A stretch of 64,000 nucleotides of DNA from Eledone cirrhosa. Its lineage: Eukaryota. The number at the start of each line of letters is the position of its first letter. The first letter of the stretch is position 1. Position numbers and translations under genes: made by a program. The stretch is taken from positions 12,710,001 to 12,774,000 of the forward strand of contig OZ024754.1 of the NCBI GenBank assembly GCA_964016885.1, written 5' to 3'. This document shows, in pieces, positions 14,618-28,305 of this stretch. The notes below the pieces were generated by a model, which worked only from the letters and a program-made list of their open reading frames with translations, did no database searches and had not been told where the DNA came from.

Positions 14618-14855
14618 GAGGGGGGACTGGTATAAACAGTAAAGTTGACATTGGCAGGAGTTGAGCTCAGAGCAGAGAGAACCAGGAAGAATACAAGAGA
14701 GGGGGGACTGGTATGAACAGTAAAGTTGACATGGGCAGGAGTTAAGCTCAGAACAGAGAGAACCAGGAAGAATACAAGAGAGGGGGACTGGTATGAACAG
14801 TAAAGTTGACATTGGCAGGAGTTGAGCTCAGAGCAGAGAGTACCAGGAAGAATAC
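14618..14855. repeat. About 81-bp tandem repeat, 3 copies
   Basis: gggggactggtatgaacagtaaagttgaca recurs near 14620, 14701, 14782. Confidence 0.9.
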
Positions 14856-14856
14856 A

Positions 14857-14912
<56 letters not shown>

Positions 14913-14949
14913 CTCTCACACATATATCACACACACACATCCACACACA

Positions 14950-15878
14950 AGTACCACCAATCTCTGGGAGGGCTCTGTAGAAACAGTAGACAGCTTCTGC
15001 TACCTAGGTGACCGAATTAGCAGCGGAGGTGGGTGTTCAGAAAGTACAATAACTAGGGTAAGAACGGGATGGAAGAAGTTTAGGGAACTACTGCCACTGT
15101 TAGCCGCAAAAGGCTTCTCCCTCAAAATGAAAGGCAGACTGTATGATGCGTGTATCCGAACAGCGATGTTGCATGGTAGTGAGACCTGGGCGCTGAAGGT
15201 GGAAGACTTACATAGATTAGAGAGAAACGAAGCCTGCATGCTCCGATATGTGTAACAGTAATATACGCGAACAACAAAGCATAAATGAATTGAGAGAGAG
15301 ACTGAGCATAAGAGGAATCAAATGCTGTGTGCAGGAGAGGCGGTTGCGTTGGTATGGACATGTGATGCGTATTAAGGATGACAGCTGCATAAAAAGGTGC
15401 AGAGTACTAGAAGTCGATGGAAACCGCGGAGTGGGGAGACCCAAGATGACCTGGGATGAGGTGATAAAAGCTGACCTTACCCAATTACACCTCTCAAAGG
15501 CGATGACACACGACCGTGACCTCTGGCGTCACGCAGTAATACAGAGTACCCGACCTCCTATGGGTACAAGCTGAAGCATATAGACAATATGCCCTCACAC
15601 CCCTCACTGCACGGTGGTCGTGGAGGTGCCACGGCAAAAAAGCACCCAGCCCACACTGTAAAGTGGACGTGTAGGCGCCACGAAAAAGCACCCAGCACTC
15701 ACTGTAAATGAGGTTGGTGTTAGGAAGGGCATCCAGCTGTAGAAATCAAGCCAAATCAGTTCCTGTATGAGCAAGGCCTGGTCAGCCGACCAGACACTGC
15801 CCACAACAGGACAACCCGTCTAACCCATGCTAGCGTGGAAGAACGGACGTAAAACGGTGATGATGATGATGATGATGA
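14950..15878 (+). pseudogene. 5'-truncated RTE LINE, frameshifted near 15248, followed by SINE-like 3' module and (tga)n tail
   Basis: ORFs 14806..15255 (VDSFCYLGD, HGSETW) and 15248..15574 (RRLRWYGHVMR, GRPKMTW, DRDLWR). Confidence 0.92.
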
Positions 15879-16311
15879 CACATATATATATATGGGCCTT
15901 CCAGTTTCCTTTCACATTATATACATGTCTGTGTATATTTTAATTATTTAAACATTATTTTGAAGTGAACATGAGCAAACAGGTCACTATAAATATATAT
16001 TTATTTGGTTCCTTTATCGGTTTCACAGTTCTTGAGCTTTTCACAAGTAGAATTGAGATGGAGGGTTTGTGGTTTTTCTCTCATCTGGTTGGTGTTCGAA
16101 TGTTACTTCTGTTTTATATGGAAAAAAGTAGCTCGAAATGCTAGGTTTTTAGAAAAGTAATTTGGTTGATTGATGACTGTCATGTGAATAAGTAGAATAA
16201 ATCTCGCGCCAGTTCGCATTACAAAGTTCTTATTATATTTACCTTTTTTCCTTATACTTTCACTCATGTAGGACATCTCGTTATTTTTTTCATTTTGTAA
16301 AAACACTTCAC

Positions 16312-16382
<71 letters not shown>

Positions 16383-16513
16383 GATGTTATATTTAATATG
16401 TTGGGATTCAACAAGCTTAAAAATGTTTATAACTGATATAAAGCACTCCACAATTTAGTGAAGTAAATACACAATATATTAATAAATGGAAACTATATTT
16501 ATAAAACCATATT

Positions 16514-16579
16514 TATTTTATTATATATATTTCAAGGTCAACCAAAGCAAATTATGGTACGCTTTCATCAGATAAAATA
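16514..16579 (-). ncRNA. Type I minimal hammerhead ribozyme
   Basis: reverse: TATTTTAT-CTGATGA-stem II-GAAA-TATATA-TA-ATAAAATA. Confidence 0.8.
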
Positions 16580-16730
16580 CAGATTTGTTTTATAAATAAA
16601 TATTGACATACCCGGAAAAAAAGACAACCTTAATGGTTGGAGCTTCCTGGATGCCATCCAGGGAACTTCAACCGTTAAGGTTGTCTTTTTTTTCTGGGTA
16701 TGTCGATATTTATTTATAAAACAAATCAGG

Positions 16731-16796
16731 TATTTTATCTGATGAAAGCGCACCATAATTTGCCTTGGTGGCCCTTGAAATATATATAATAAAATA
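16731..16796 (+). ncRNA. Type I minimal hammerhead ribozyme
   Basis: TATTTTAT-CTGATGA-aagcgcacca..tggtggccctt-GAAA-TATATA-TA-ATAAAATA; 8-bp stem I flanks the core exactly. Confidence 0.85.
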
Positions 16797-16833
16797 AATA
16801 TGGTTTATAAATATAGTTTCCATTTGTTAATAT

Positions 16834-16876
<43 letters not shown>

Positions 16877-17067
16877 TCTTTTATCTGTTTCAGCCATCTG
16901 GCTGAAGCCATGCTGGAGCACCACCCTTGCAGTATATATATATATATATATATATATACATGCATATACGCTCCTACCTTCTCATATCCCTACATGCAAA
17001 CATATATACATATACAAGCATATAGATTAGTTGTCCCATTGTGAAATAAGCCATACATACATTATAC

Positions 17068-17117
<50 letters not shown>

Positions 17118-17891
17118 TTATGTATATATATATATATATATATACAAATAAATAATTGCGAAACGGAATCTCGGCCCAGGAAATAACAAAACACAATCTT
17201 CGAAATGTATGGCAAGGGGCTCAATAATGACCTGATACATATATATATATATATCAGGTCACCAGTTGGTGCTACTGGTAACATGTATTCCAATACAACC
17301 TGTCTCATGGTCGGGTCATTGGCGACTAAACTGGCAACCCCACCAAGGTTTCTTGGTGAGAAGGGTGACTTTGGACATCCTGCAGGACTAAAAACAAAAC
17401 CTGTCAAAGGGCAAAGGAGCTCTTAAGAGTCAATGGCCATCCAAAATCACCGGGAGAGATGACCCCTTAGCCTTTGTCAAGGCATAATTCTAGGAGAAGG
17501 AAAACTCTGATATAACACCTGCAACCCTGATGGTATCCAATGATGTTGACTTGTTCTTCTTTTTGGTAAATATCATCTTGGTTAAGAGAGTGGGACTGGC
17601 TTTGTGCAGTGCCTTTGCTCACTATAAAAGCTTCACGGCACAGGCATTGCTTTATATCTGGAGATCTCTCTGCACTTGTCATCACATGGTACCATGGGCC
17701 CAGCACTATGTGTCAATAATTGTCACAAGTGTAGTGTTTGTACCAGAGTTTTCAAGTCGCTGGCTGGACTAAAAAGTAACACTTGTTCAGCGCATCGGTA
17801 GGGGTTCTCCTACATGGATATAAAGTAGTGGCCGTACTCGAAAACGAGTTGGCAGCCACCATATATATATAAACTTTAATCTGTTATTTTA

Positions 17892-17939
<48 letters not shown>

Positions 17940-18254
17940 ATGTATATATATATATATACACAAATGATTTTCTTCCAATTATGACTAGAATCGTCAGTAT
18001 GATCCTTGCCATCATTTCCAAGCACAATTGTATGAATGCACATCACATGATCCATACAACCCAACCCCCCATCACATCCCTATCTCTCTACTCCACCCTT
18101 CAAATTCCTTGAATCTCAATCACAGGAAAAGCAACCATCCTACTCCATTCTCTCTTCCCATCCCTTTAGAAATGTCTTTAGATAGGTTTTTTTTTTTTCT
18201 ATATCATTCAGAATCAATGGACGAAATCAAACTGACAATTTTATGGATTAGTGT

Positions 18255-19088
18255 CTGATGGTGGTGGTGTTGCGGGTGGTGTTGTTGTGGTAGTGGTTGT
18301 TGTGGTGTGGTGGGGTTGTGGTGTGGTGGGGTTGTGGTGGTGGTGGGTGGGTATGGTGTTGGGTGGTGGTGGTGGTGGTGGTGGTGGTGGTGGTTGTTGT
18401 TGTGGTTACGGTGGTGGTTGTGGTGTGGTGGGGTGGTGGTGGTGGTGGTAGTTTTTGGAGGGTGGCAGTGGTGGTGGTGGATGGGTAGGTATGGTGTTGG
18501 GTGGTGGGGGTGGTGTTGTGGTGGTGGTGGTGGTTGTGGTTACGGTGGTGGTTGTGGTGGTGGTGGTAGTTTTTGGAGGGTGACAGTGGTGGTGGTGGGG
18601 GGTGGGTAGGGGTGGTGTTGGGTGGTGGTGGTGTTGTTGTGGTGGTAGTTGTGGTAGTGGTGGTAGTAGTGGTTGTGGTAGTGGTGGTAGTAGTGGTAGT
18701 GGTGGTAGTAGTGGTAGTGGTGGTAGTAGTGGTGGTGGTGGTAGTAGTGGTAGTGGTGGTAGTAGTGGTAGTGGTGGTAGTAGTGGTGGTGGTGGTGGTG
18801 CAGCATTGTTTTTGTTGTCTCTTTGATAGAAACGTTGGTGTGTGGGTGTGGGTGATTGTTGGGTGTTTTTTTTGTGTTTTGTGTGTGTGCATGCATGTGT
18901 GTGTGTGCATGTGTGTGTGCATGTGTGTGTGTGCATGTGTGTGTGTGCATGTGTGTGTGTGCATGTGTGTGTGTGCATGTGTGTGTGTGCATGTGTGTGT
19001 GTTTTTGCATGTGTTTGTGTGTTCATGTGTATGTGTGTGCTTGTACATGTTCATGTGCCTGAAAGTGTATGTGTGTGTGCATGCATGC

Positions 19089-19119
<31 letters not shown>

Positions 19120-19345
19120 TGTGTGTAGTTGTGTGTGCGTGTGTGTGTGTGCATGTGTGTGTGTGTGCATGTGTGTGTGTGCATGTGTGTGTATTTTTGC
19201 ATGTGTTTGTGTGTTCATGTGTATGTGTGTGCTTGTACATGTTCATGTGCCTGAAAGTGTATGTGTGTGTGTAGTTGTGTGTGCATGTGTGTAGTTGTGT
19301 GTGTGTGTGTGTGTGTGTGCATGTGTGTAATTGTGTGTGTGTGCA
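18255..19345. repeat. (GGT/AGT)n then (TG)n/(TGCA) microsatellite complex
   Basis: direct reading. Confidence 0.95.
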
Positions 19346-19689
19346 TGTGTGTGTGCTGGAATTTGGGATTAGTCATATTTAGTGATGGAGCAGATGTATT
19401 TTAGCTTAATAGTAGTTATACAAGTGTGTGTATGTGTGTGTGTGGGTATGTGTGTGTATGTGGGTGTGTGTGTGTATGTGTGTGTATGTGTGTGTGTGAG
19501 GATGCATGTGTATGTGTATTTCTGTATTTTCTCGTACATGCACATAGGCCTGTGTGTGTGTGTATGTTTATGTATTTTCCAGCATGTATATGTGAGTATA
19601 TATGTATGCTCATATATTTATTAGTGTGTATATCTATGTACATGTGCGCTCATTTGTTTTCCAGTATGCGTTATGTGTGTGTGTATGTG

Positions 19690-19980
19690 CTGGGCTGTCT
19701 TAATGCATGGGCACACTGGACAGTTGCCCGGGGGCCCCACGAGGATAGGGGGCCCATTTGTATTTTTATTCCTGTGAGTGGTTGTGTAGGTAGGGGCCCC
19801 AGTGCTCTGGTTTGCCTGAGGCTATAATTATTTCTACTATTGGCACAAGGCCAGCAATTACCCCAGTACATTACTGGTACTTTATTTTATCGATCCCCAT
19901 AAGGATGAAGGGCAAAGTTAACCTCGGCGGGGATTTGAACTCAGAATGGCAGGGGTTGTAATGCTGTTAAGACAACCCTG
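19690..19980. mobile_element. hAT-like MITE interrupted by a partial SINE A (about 19826-19955, minus)
   Basis: termini gggctgtcttaa / ttaagacaaccc; internal ggggcccc motifs. Confidence 0.55.
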
Positions 19981-20454
19981 TGTATGTGTATTCATATGTT
20001 TACTTGTGTGTGTCTGTCTGTGTATATATGTGTGTGTGTGTATATGTGTGTGTTTATATGTGTGTGTGTCTGTCTGTGTATATATGTGTGTGTGTCTGTC
20101 TGTGTATATATGTGTGTGTATATATGTCTGTGTATATATGTGTGTGTGTATATGCAAGTGTATGACTACTTTTAATGTTTGTTTTTCACTAAACAATGTT
20201 GTGAGATTTAAAACTATGAAGGACTTTCAAGAAAAATAATTTACATGGATGTATTATCAAACAAATCTTTATCATATATTTTAAGCATTAATTTCTTAAT
20301 TTTACTCTATGTATTATTAAGTTTATTTAAAATATATAAAAAAAACGAGAAAATTTGCTCAATGGTCCTAATCTTAGGATGGCTGTATTTTAACCTCTGG
20401 TAAGCTCTAATTGAATAAATAGACCAGGCTGTAGTATACGTCTAGGGAATCCTC

Positions 20455-21835
20455 CAGTCCACACTGTAAAGGCACCCAGTCCACACTGTAAAGTGGTCAT
20501 GTAGGTGTCACAACAAAAAGCACCCAGGCCACACTGTAAAGTGGTCGTGTAGGAGTCACAACAAAAAGCACCCAGTCCACACTGTAAAGTGGTTGTGTAG
20601 GTGTCACAACAAAAAGCACCCAGTCCACACTGTAAAGTGGTTTTGTAGGAGTCACAACAAAAAGCACCCAGTCCACACTGTAAAGTGGTTGTGTAGGTGT
20701 CACAACAAAAAGCACCCAGTCCACACTGTAAAGTGGTCATGTAGGTGTCACAACAAAAAGCACCCAGCCCACACTGTAGAGTGGTCATGTAGGTGTCACA
20801 ACAAAACGCACCCAGCCCACACTGTAGAGTGGTCATGTAGGTGTCACAACAAAAAGCACCCAGTCCACACTGTAGAGTGGTCATGTAGGTGTCACAACAA
20901 AAAGCACCCAGTCCACACTGTAAAGTGGTCATGTAGGTGTCACAACAAAAAGCACCCAGCCCACACTGTAGAGTGGTCATGTAGGTGTCACAACAAAAAG
21001 CACCCAGTCCACACTGTAGAGTGGTCATGTAGGTGTCACAACAAAAAGCACCCAGTCCACACTGTAGAGTGGTCATGTAGGTGTCACAACAAAAAGCACC
21101 CAGTCCACACTGTAAAGTGGTCATGTAGGTGTCACAACAAAAAGCACCCAGCCCACACTGTAGAGTGGTCATGTAGGTGTCACAACAAAAAGCACCCAGC
21201 CCACACTGTAGAGTGGTCATGTAGGTGTCACAACAAAAAGCACCCAGTCCACACTGTAAAGTGGTCATGTAGGTGTCACAACAAAAAGCACCCAGTCCAC
21301 ACTGTAAAGTGGTCATGTAGGTGTCACAACAAAAAGCACCCAGTCCACACTGTAAAGTGGTCATGTAGGTGTCACAACAAAAAGCACCCAGTCCACACTG
21401 TAGAGTGGTCATGTAGGTGTCACAACAAAAAGCACCCAGCCCACACTGTAGAGTGGTCATGTAGGTGTCACAACAAAACGCACCCAGCCCACACTGTAAA
21501 GTGGTCATGTAGGTGTCACAACAAAAAGCACCCAGTCCACACTGTAAAGTGGTCATGTAGGTGTCACAACAAAAAGCACCCAGTCCACACTGTAAAGTGG
21601 TCGTGTAGGTGTCACAACAAAAAGCACCCAGTCCACACTGTAAAGTGGTTGTGTAGGTGTCACAACAAAAAGCACCCAGCCCACACTGTAGAGTGGTCAT
21701 GTAGGTGTCACAACAAAACGCACCCAGCCCACACTGTAGAGTGGTCATGTAGGTGTCACAACAAAATGCACCCAGCCCACACTGTAGAGTGGTCATGTAG
21801 GTGTCACAACAAAATGCACCCAGCCCACACAGTAA
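20455..21835 (+). repeat. 48-bp minisatellite (about 28 units) from SINE internal unit
   Basis: cacccagtccacactgtaaagtggtcatgtaggtgtcacaacaaaaag repeated; 16-aa periodic ORFs. Confidence 0.97.
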
Positions 21836-22000
21836 ATGTGGATAGTGTTAGGAAGGGCATCCAGTCATAGAAACCAAGCTAGAAACAGTTCTGTATGAAC
21901 AAGACATGGTCACCTGAGCCAACTTGCCTCAAACAGGACAACCTGTCTAACCCATGCTAGCGTAGAAGATGGACATTAAACAATGCTAATGATGATGATG
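21836..22000 (+). mobile_element. SINE 3' part closing the 48-bp array
   Basis: gttaggaagggcatccag...cccatgctagcgtagaagatggac...(tga)n. Confidence 0.88.
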
Positions 22001-22144
22001 ACAAAAGTACTTCCAACTGTAATTGTCCCATTACAGGCTCTCTCACCACACTGTTGTTTAGCCACAGGTCAGCTCTGATTAAACAAACCTATGATCTATG
22101 ATCAAAGCTATTCCAGCTTTACTATCATTATTTAGCCTTACAGG

Positions 22145-22532
22145 GCGGTGGACTGGCAGTATCGGTAGAGGGTCGGACGCCATGCTTTCCAGCATAGTTA
22201 CGTCCCTTTACGATCTGAGTTCAAATCCCGCCGAGGTTAACTTTGCCTTTCATCCTTACGGGGTCGATAAAAATAAAGTACCAGTAATGCACTGGGTAAT
22301 TGCTGGCCTTGTGCCTAAAGTAGAAACAATTATTTAGCCTCAAATAAAGGTGGTGGTTTGGTAGAATCAATAGAGGGTCGGACGCCATGCTTTCCAGCAT
22401 AGTTACGTCCCTTTATGATCTGAGTTCAAATCCCGCCGAGGTTAACTTTGCCTTTCATCCTTACAGGGTCGATAAAATAAAGTACCAGTAATGTACTGGG
22501 GAATTGCTGGCCTTGTGCCAAAGGTAGAAACA
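22145..22532 (+). mobile_element. Two tandem SINE A copies
   Basis: copies at about 22145-22333 and 22350-22532. Confidence 0.9.
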
Positions 22533-22917
22533 TTTAGCCTCAAATAAGCTCTGATTTAACAGGACCATGCATAAAATATTCCTACCTACGCATACTCATA
22601 TAGACACACACACACAAATATGATACATACACTCACATATGCATACACACATGTATATATCCCAAAGCTAAATAGGCATTCATACACATGCATTCACATA
22701 GACATACATACACATATCTATACATACATAGAGATTCATACATAAACATAGACACTCATACACACACACATATATTCATACATACACACGTGCACATAAA
22801 CATATCCATGATGATGATAATAAACACTTATGCACACATATACACTAACACACAAACATACACATATATACATCCATATACACACCTACATTCACATATC
22901 CTTACATAAAAATACAT

Positions 22918-22995
22918 ACTGTGTCCCCCAAAAATGTATGCACACTAATTAGAATGCAGTTGAAGTGTGTATACATTTTTGGGGGACACCCTGTA
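22918..22995. mobile_element. Tc1/mariner-like tiny MITE
   Basis: TA-ctgtgtcccccaaaaatgtat ... atacatttttgggggacaccctg-TA inverted ends. Confidence 0.65.
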
Positions 22996-23670
22996 TATAC
23001 ATGCACATTCACAAATACTCCTACACACACATATCCATACATAAAAACACACACATATAAATACACATACACATACACTCCTATACACACGCATATCTCT
23101 ACATAAAAACACACACATATAAATACACAGACACATACACTCCTATACACACGCATATCTCTACATAAAAAAACACATACACATACACTCCTATACACAC
23201 ACATATCTCTACATAAAAACACACACATATAAATACACAGACACATACACTCCTATACACACACATATCTCTACATAAAAACACACATATATAAATGCAC
23301 ATACACGCCTATACACACACATATCTTTACATAAAAAAACACAACATATAAATACACATACACATACACATACACATACACTCCTATACACACACATATA
23401 AATACACAGACATATACACTCCTATACACACACATATCTTTACATAAAAAATCACAACATATAAATACACATACATTCCTATACACACACATATCTACAT
23501 AAAAACACACATATAAATACACAGACATATACACTCCTATACACACACATATCTCTACATAAAAACACACACATATAAATACACAGACATATACACTCCT
23601 ATATACACACATATCTCTACATAAAAACACACATGTATACCTGCACAGACACACATATTTCTACATAAAA

Positions 23671-23709
<39 letters not shown>

Positions 23710-23879
23710 CACATATCTAGAGAGAGCCATGCTTGAGTCCCCTCCTCTCCTTCCATGCCACACCATCCAGACCAGTCCAATGGAACAGTGTAGACTGTAA
23801 TACAGTCTACTATAGCTGAGATTGGATCTGACAGGTTAATATCACTGTTGTAATCAGAACTGACAGAATACTTTGTTTC

Positions 23880-26175
23880 AGACCACCACCACCACCACCA
23901 CCACCACTACCACCACCATACCACCACCACCACTACCACTACTACCACCACCACCATACCACCATACCACCACTACCACCATACCACCACCAACAACAAC
24001 AACCACTACCACCACTACCACCATACCACCACAACCACCACAACCACTAGCAACTCCACCACCACCAGTACCACCCCCACTACCCCCATACCACCACAAC
24101 CACTACCATCCCCCTCTACCACACCATCACAGCCACCACTACCACAATCACCACCACCACCATACCACCACAACCACCATACTACCACAACCACCACCAC
24201 CACAGCCAACACTACCACAATCACTACCACCACTACCACCACCACCATACCACCACCACCACCAGCACCACCACCACAACCACAATCACCACCACCACCA
24301 TACCACCACAACCACCACCACCACAATCACCACCACCACCATACCACCACAACCACCACCACCACAGCCACCACTACCACAATCACCACCACCACCACCA
24401 TACCACCACCACCACCACCACAGCCACCACTACCACAATCACCACCACCATACCACCACCACCACAGCCACCACCACCACCACCATACCACCACCACCAT
24501 ACCACCACAACCACCACCACCACCACAATCACCACCACCACCACCATACCACCACCACCACCACCACCACAGCCAACACTACCACAATCACCACAATCAC
24601 CACCACCATACCACCACCACCACCACCACAGCCACCACTACTACAATCACCACCACCACCATACCACCACAACCACCACCACCACAGCCAACACTTCCAC
24701 AATCACAATCACCACCACCATACCACCACAACCACCACCACCACAGCCACCACTACTACAATCACCACCACCACCATACCACCACAACCACCACCACCAC
24801 AGCCAACACTACCACAATCACCACCACCACCACCATACCACCACAACCACCACCATACCACCACAACCACCACCACCACAGCCAACACTACCACCACCAC
24901 CATACCACCACAACCACCACCACCACCACCACCACCACAGCCACCACTACCACAACCACCACCACCACAGCCAACACTACCACAATCACCACCACCACCA
25001 CCATACCACCACCACCATACCACCACAACCACCACCACACCACAACCACCACCACCACCATACCACCACAACCACCACCACCACAATATATACCCCCCCC
25101 CTTTCCCATTTCTATCTCTCACTACAACCACCATATTACTACTAGTAGTACTATTACTACTAGTACTATTACTACTAGTACTATTACTACTAGTACTATT
25201 ACTAGTAGTAAATAGTATGGTGGTTATAGTGAGAGATAGAACTGGGGAAAGGGGCCGATTTCTTTAGTAGTAGTAGTAGTAGTAGTAGTAGTACTACTAC
25301 TACTACTACTACTAAAGAAAATCCCTCCATTGTCATCATCATCCTAACAATTACTACTACTACTACTACTACTACTGGTACTACTACTACTGCCACCACC
25401 ACCACCCTGGTACTCCAACCATTGCCGAAATTATAACTACAATGATCTGGTAGTATCGGTAGAGAGTCGGACGCCATGCTTTACGGCATAGAGTTACGGC
25501 CCTTTATGATTTGAGTTCAAATCCCGCCGAGGTTAAACTTTGCCTTTCATCCTTACGGGGGGGGGGGGGTCGATAAAATAAAGTACTAGGGACCAACACA
25601 ACCACCATCACCAACACAACCACCATCACCAACACCCCCCTCTCCACCACCACCACCGCCACCACAACCAATACCACCCCCACCATCACCACCACCACCA
25701 CACCACCATCACCAACCCCTCACACCACCAATATCACCACCACACTACCACCAAGAACAACACCACCACCACCACACCACTACAACCACCCTCACCACCA
25801 CCATCACCCCCCTCTCCACCACCACCGCAACCAATACCACCCCTACCATCACCACCATAACCACCACCACCACCACCATCACCACCATTACCACCACCAC
25901 CACCACATCACTATCACCAACCCCTCACACCACCAATACCACCACCATACCACCACAACCACTACAACCACCATCATCCCCCCCCCACCAATACCACCCC
26001 ACCATCACCACACCACCATCACCAACCCCTCACACCACCAATACCACCACCATACATACCACCACAACCACCATCACCACCACCATCACCCCCCTCTCCA
26101 CCACCACCGCCACCACAACCACCATCACCCCCCCCCCCCCACCATCACCACCACCAATGCCCCCCCCCCACCATA
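23880..26175. repeat. (CAC)n-rich compound repeats with (TAC)/(TAG) tracts; partial SINE A at about 25443-25590
   Basis: direct reading. Confidence 0.9.
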
Positions 26176-26339
26176 CGTGATGTATGTAATCAACACTGTA
26201 TTGTAATTCCAGTTCCACATCTCCCCAGTCATGTATATTGTAACATTGGTAAAGTGTACTGACATGCAATGTTGTAAGCAGCAACCAGCAATATCCATCA
26301 CCAACAGTTAACAAAGACACTCCCATATATATTCAGTAA

Positions 26340-26515
26340 TACAGTGAAATTCCGTTATAACGAAATTCACGGAATATGAAAAAAATTCGTTGTAACGAAA
26401 AATTCCCTTATAACGAGATCGACCGAAACAAATCGAGCGTTTTTTTTGTTATTACTTCGGAGATTGAAGAAATTTTCGTTATAATGGTATTCGTTATAAA
26501 GCAATTTTACCTGTA
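26340..26515. mobile_element. pogo/Tigger-like MITE
   Basis: TA-cagtgaaattccgttataacgaa ... ttcgttataaagcaattttacctg-TA; internal cgttataacg repeats. Confidence 0.7.
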
Positions 26516-27124
26516 CACCAATGACAATACTGACCAATGCGTGTGATGGTCTGATTAATTAGTTTCTATGTAGGCATGAGGTAAAGGAAGATAAGTTAAT
26601 GTTGGACAAAGGAAGATATATTACACATACGTCGTGGACCATATATTTAGAAAAAATGATAAAGATTTGAAAAAAAAGGCATCTGTGTTTTTAGTTCATA
26701 TACATGTCAGGTGTGTAGTACACAAAGAATAATTTTTTTTAATAAAAAAAATAGAGTAGTTTTGTATTTGGTAACATGTGTAGTACACAACGAAAAGTAG
26801 GTTGTTTTTTTTTCACATAAAGAAAATAGTTTTTGTACTAACATTGTTACAGTTACGTGTATAGTAAATAACGAAAGAAGCTTTTACATACAAAAGAATC
26901 ATTTTGTACTTGACTAGTTTTGCCTAAGACAGCTTTGCAAAAGTTTTTCATGCTTAATTTGCTAGTTTTCCGTTTGTAATGTTATTGTCGCTTATGTTCT
27001 TGTAAAAACAAGCGATGCATCTGGTTACATTTTTGTCCCTTGTGTCGAGGAAACACAAAACCACTCAATTCTTGACTAGGGACGTAACTCTGGTCCGACC
27101 AGACATCAAAGGATATGTATGTAA

Positions 27125-28305
27125 AGGGTTAAGTTTGGGTTTAAAGTTTTTTTTATAAAAAAAATTTCTTTCAATGTGTTTTACGTCTGATGTTGACTGA
27201 CAACATTCATAGAATGGGAAGACGTTGAGATTTGGCAAGGTTTACCCTCCACATTCCTTTATATGTTGTCTAAGAGGATCTTTCTCGTGTGTGAGCCCTC
27301 GATAAACTGTGATCCTTTGTTGGAATGTAAGTCATGTTTGGCCAATGTAATGTTCGTGGCAACCTTTACATCTTATAAAATATATTAAATTCTCTGAGTT
27401 TCATGAGAAGCCATTTTAAATTTTGAAAATGGAACTTTTTAAAAGTGGAATTCGTGGCCTTCTAACTGATACTTTCACACCCGGCAGATGGATAGGTTAC
27501 ATCTTTTTACTTCAGGTTCTTTAATTTCGTTTTGCAGCTTTGCATTTGTTAGAATCTTATTAGTGCCTTATGTTGTCATTTACCTTTTATAATTGGGTAT
27601 TTTTGTAAGAGGTTTTTAATAATTTTGTTCTGTAATTGGTTATGTAGGTTTAGTTGTATGTGTGTGTAAAATTATGTGCTTTTTGGGTTAAAAGTTGAAA
27701 TGTGTGGTATGATCTTAATTCTATTTTTGTTTTTATTTCTCGGAGTACTTGGATATTGATTTGTTTTGCCGTTTGAATGCTATTATTGATTAGATTCTGT
27801 GAGTATTTTCTTTTGATGAGTATTTTTTCCATCTTTTCTAGTCTGTGGTTTCTTGCTGTTGGGTTTGAAACTATCGTGTAGATTCGTTTAGCTAAGTTAA
27901 GTGGAATATTGGTACGAGTGTGTATTGGATGAGAAGATGTAAAAGGAGATATTGTCGAGAGTCAGTGGGTTTGAAATATATGTCAGTCTCTAGGCTTTGT
28001 TTTGTTATTTGTATATCTAAGAAGGGAAACATTTTGTTGCCTAAATCCATAGAGTTGATATAATTAACGTGGTTTTGAAATTTCTTTAATTTGTCAAACA
28101 TTTCCCTCCACAGAATAAAACAGTCATCCAGGTATCTTTTCCAATTTTCTTTTATTTAACAACTGAATCCCCCCGCCCCATACATTTGTGAGATGTGTTT
28201 ATAGATTTGTAATTCATGGTATCCCTTGACTAAGTTGGCATATGTTGGAGCAACGTTTGTCCCCATGGCTGTTACTAATTTTTGTCGGTAGGCATTTTCA
28301 TCGAA
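27125..28305 (-). pseudogene. Decayed Penelope-like retroelement: reverse transcriptase plus GIY-YIG endonuclease
   Basis: TAMGTNVAPTYANL, WKRYLDDCFILW, PFLDIQI..DIYFKPTDSRQYL, and NLIYFIRCKGCHEHYIGQT ... KPKLN in order on minus strand, with stops and frameshifts. Confidence 0.92.

Larger units (their letters stand above)
16379..16840. mobile_element. Palindromic Penelope-type terminal-repeat element in (TA)n
   Basis: inverted arms about 16470-16650 / 16656-16840 centred on ctggatgccatccag; hammerhead on each arm; homologous to 49890-50434. Confidence 0.8.

Noticed and set aside
16005-16310. Penelope C-terminus and decayed hammerhead on minus strand
   Set aside because: Similarity too weak; core reads TTGTGAA and stem II does not pair
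20390-21870. 468-aa and 425-aa Cys-rich periodic proteins
   Set aside because: The 48-bp SINE-derived unit is a multiple of three, so open frames arise automatically
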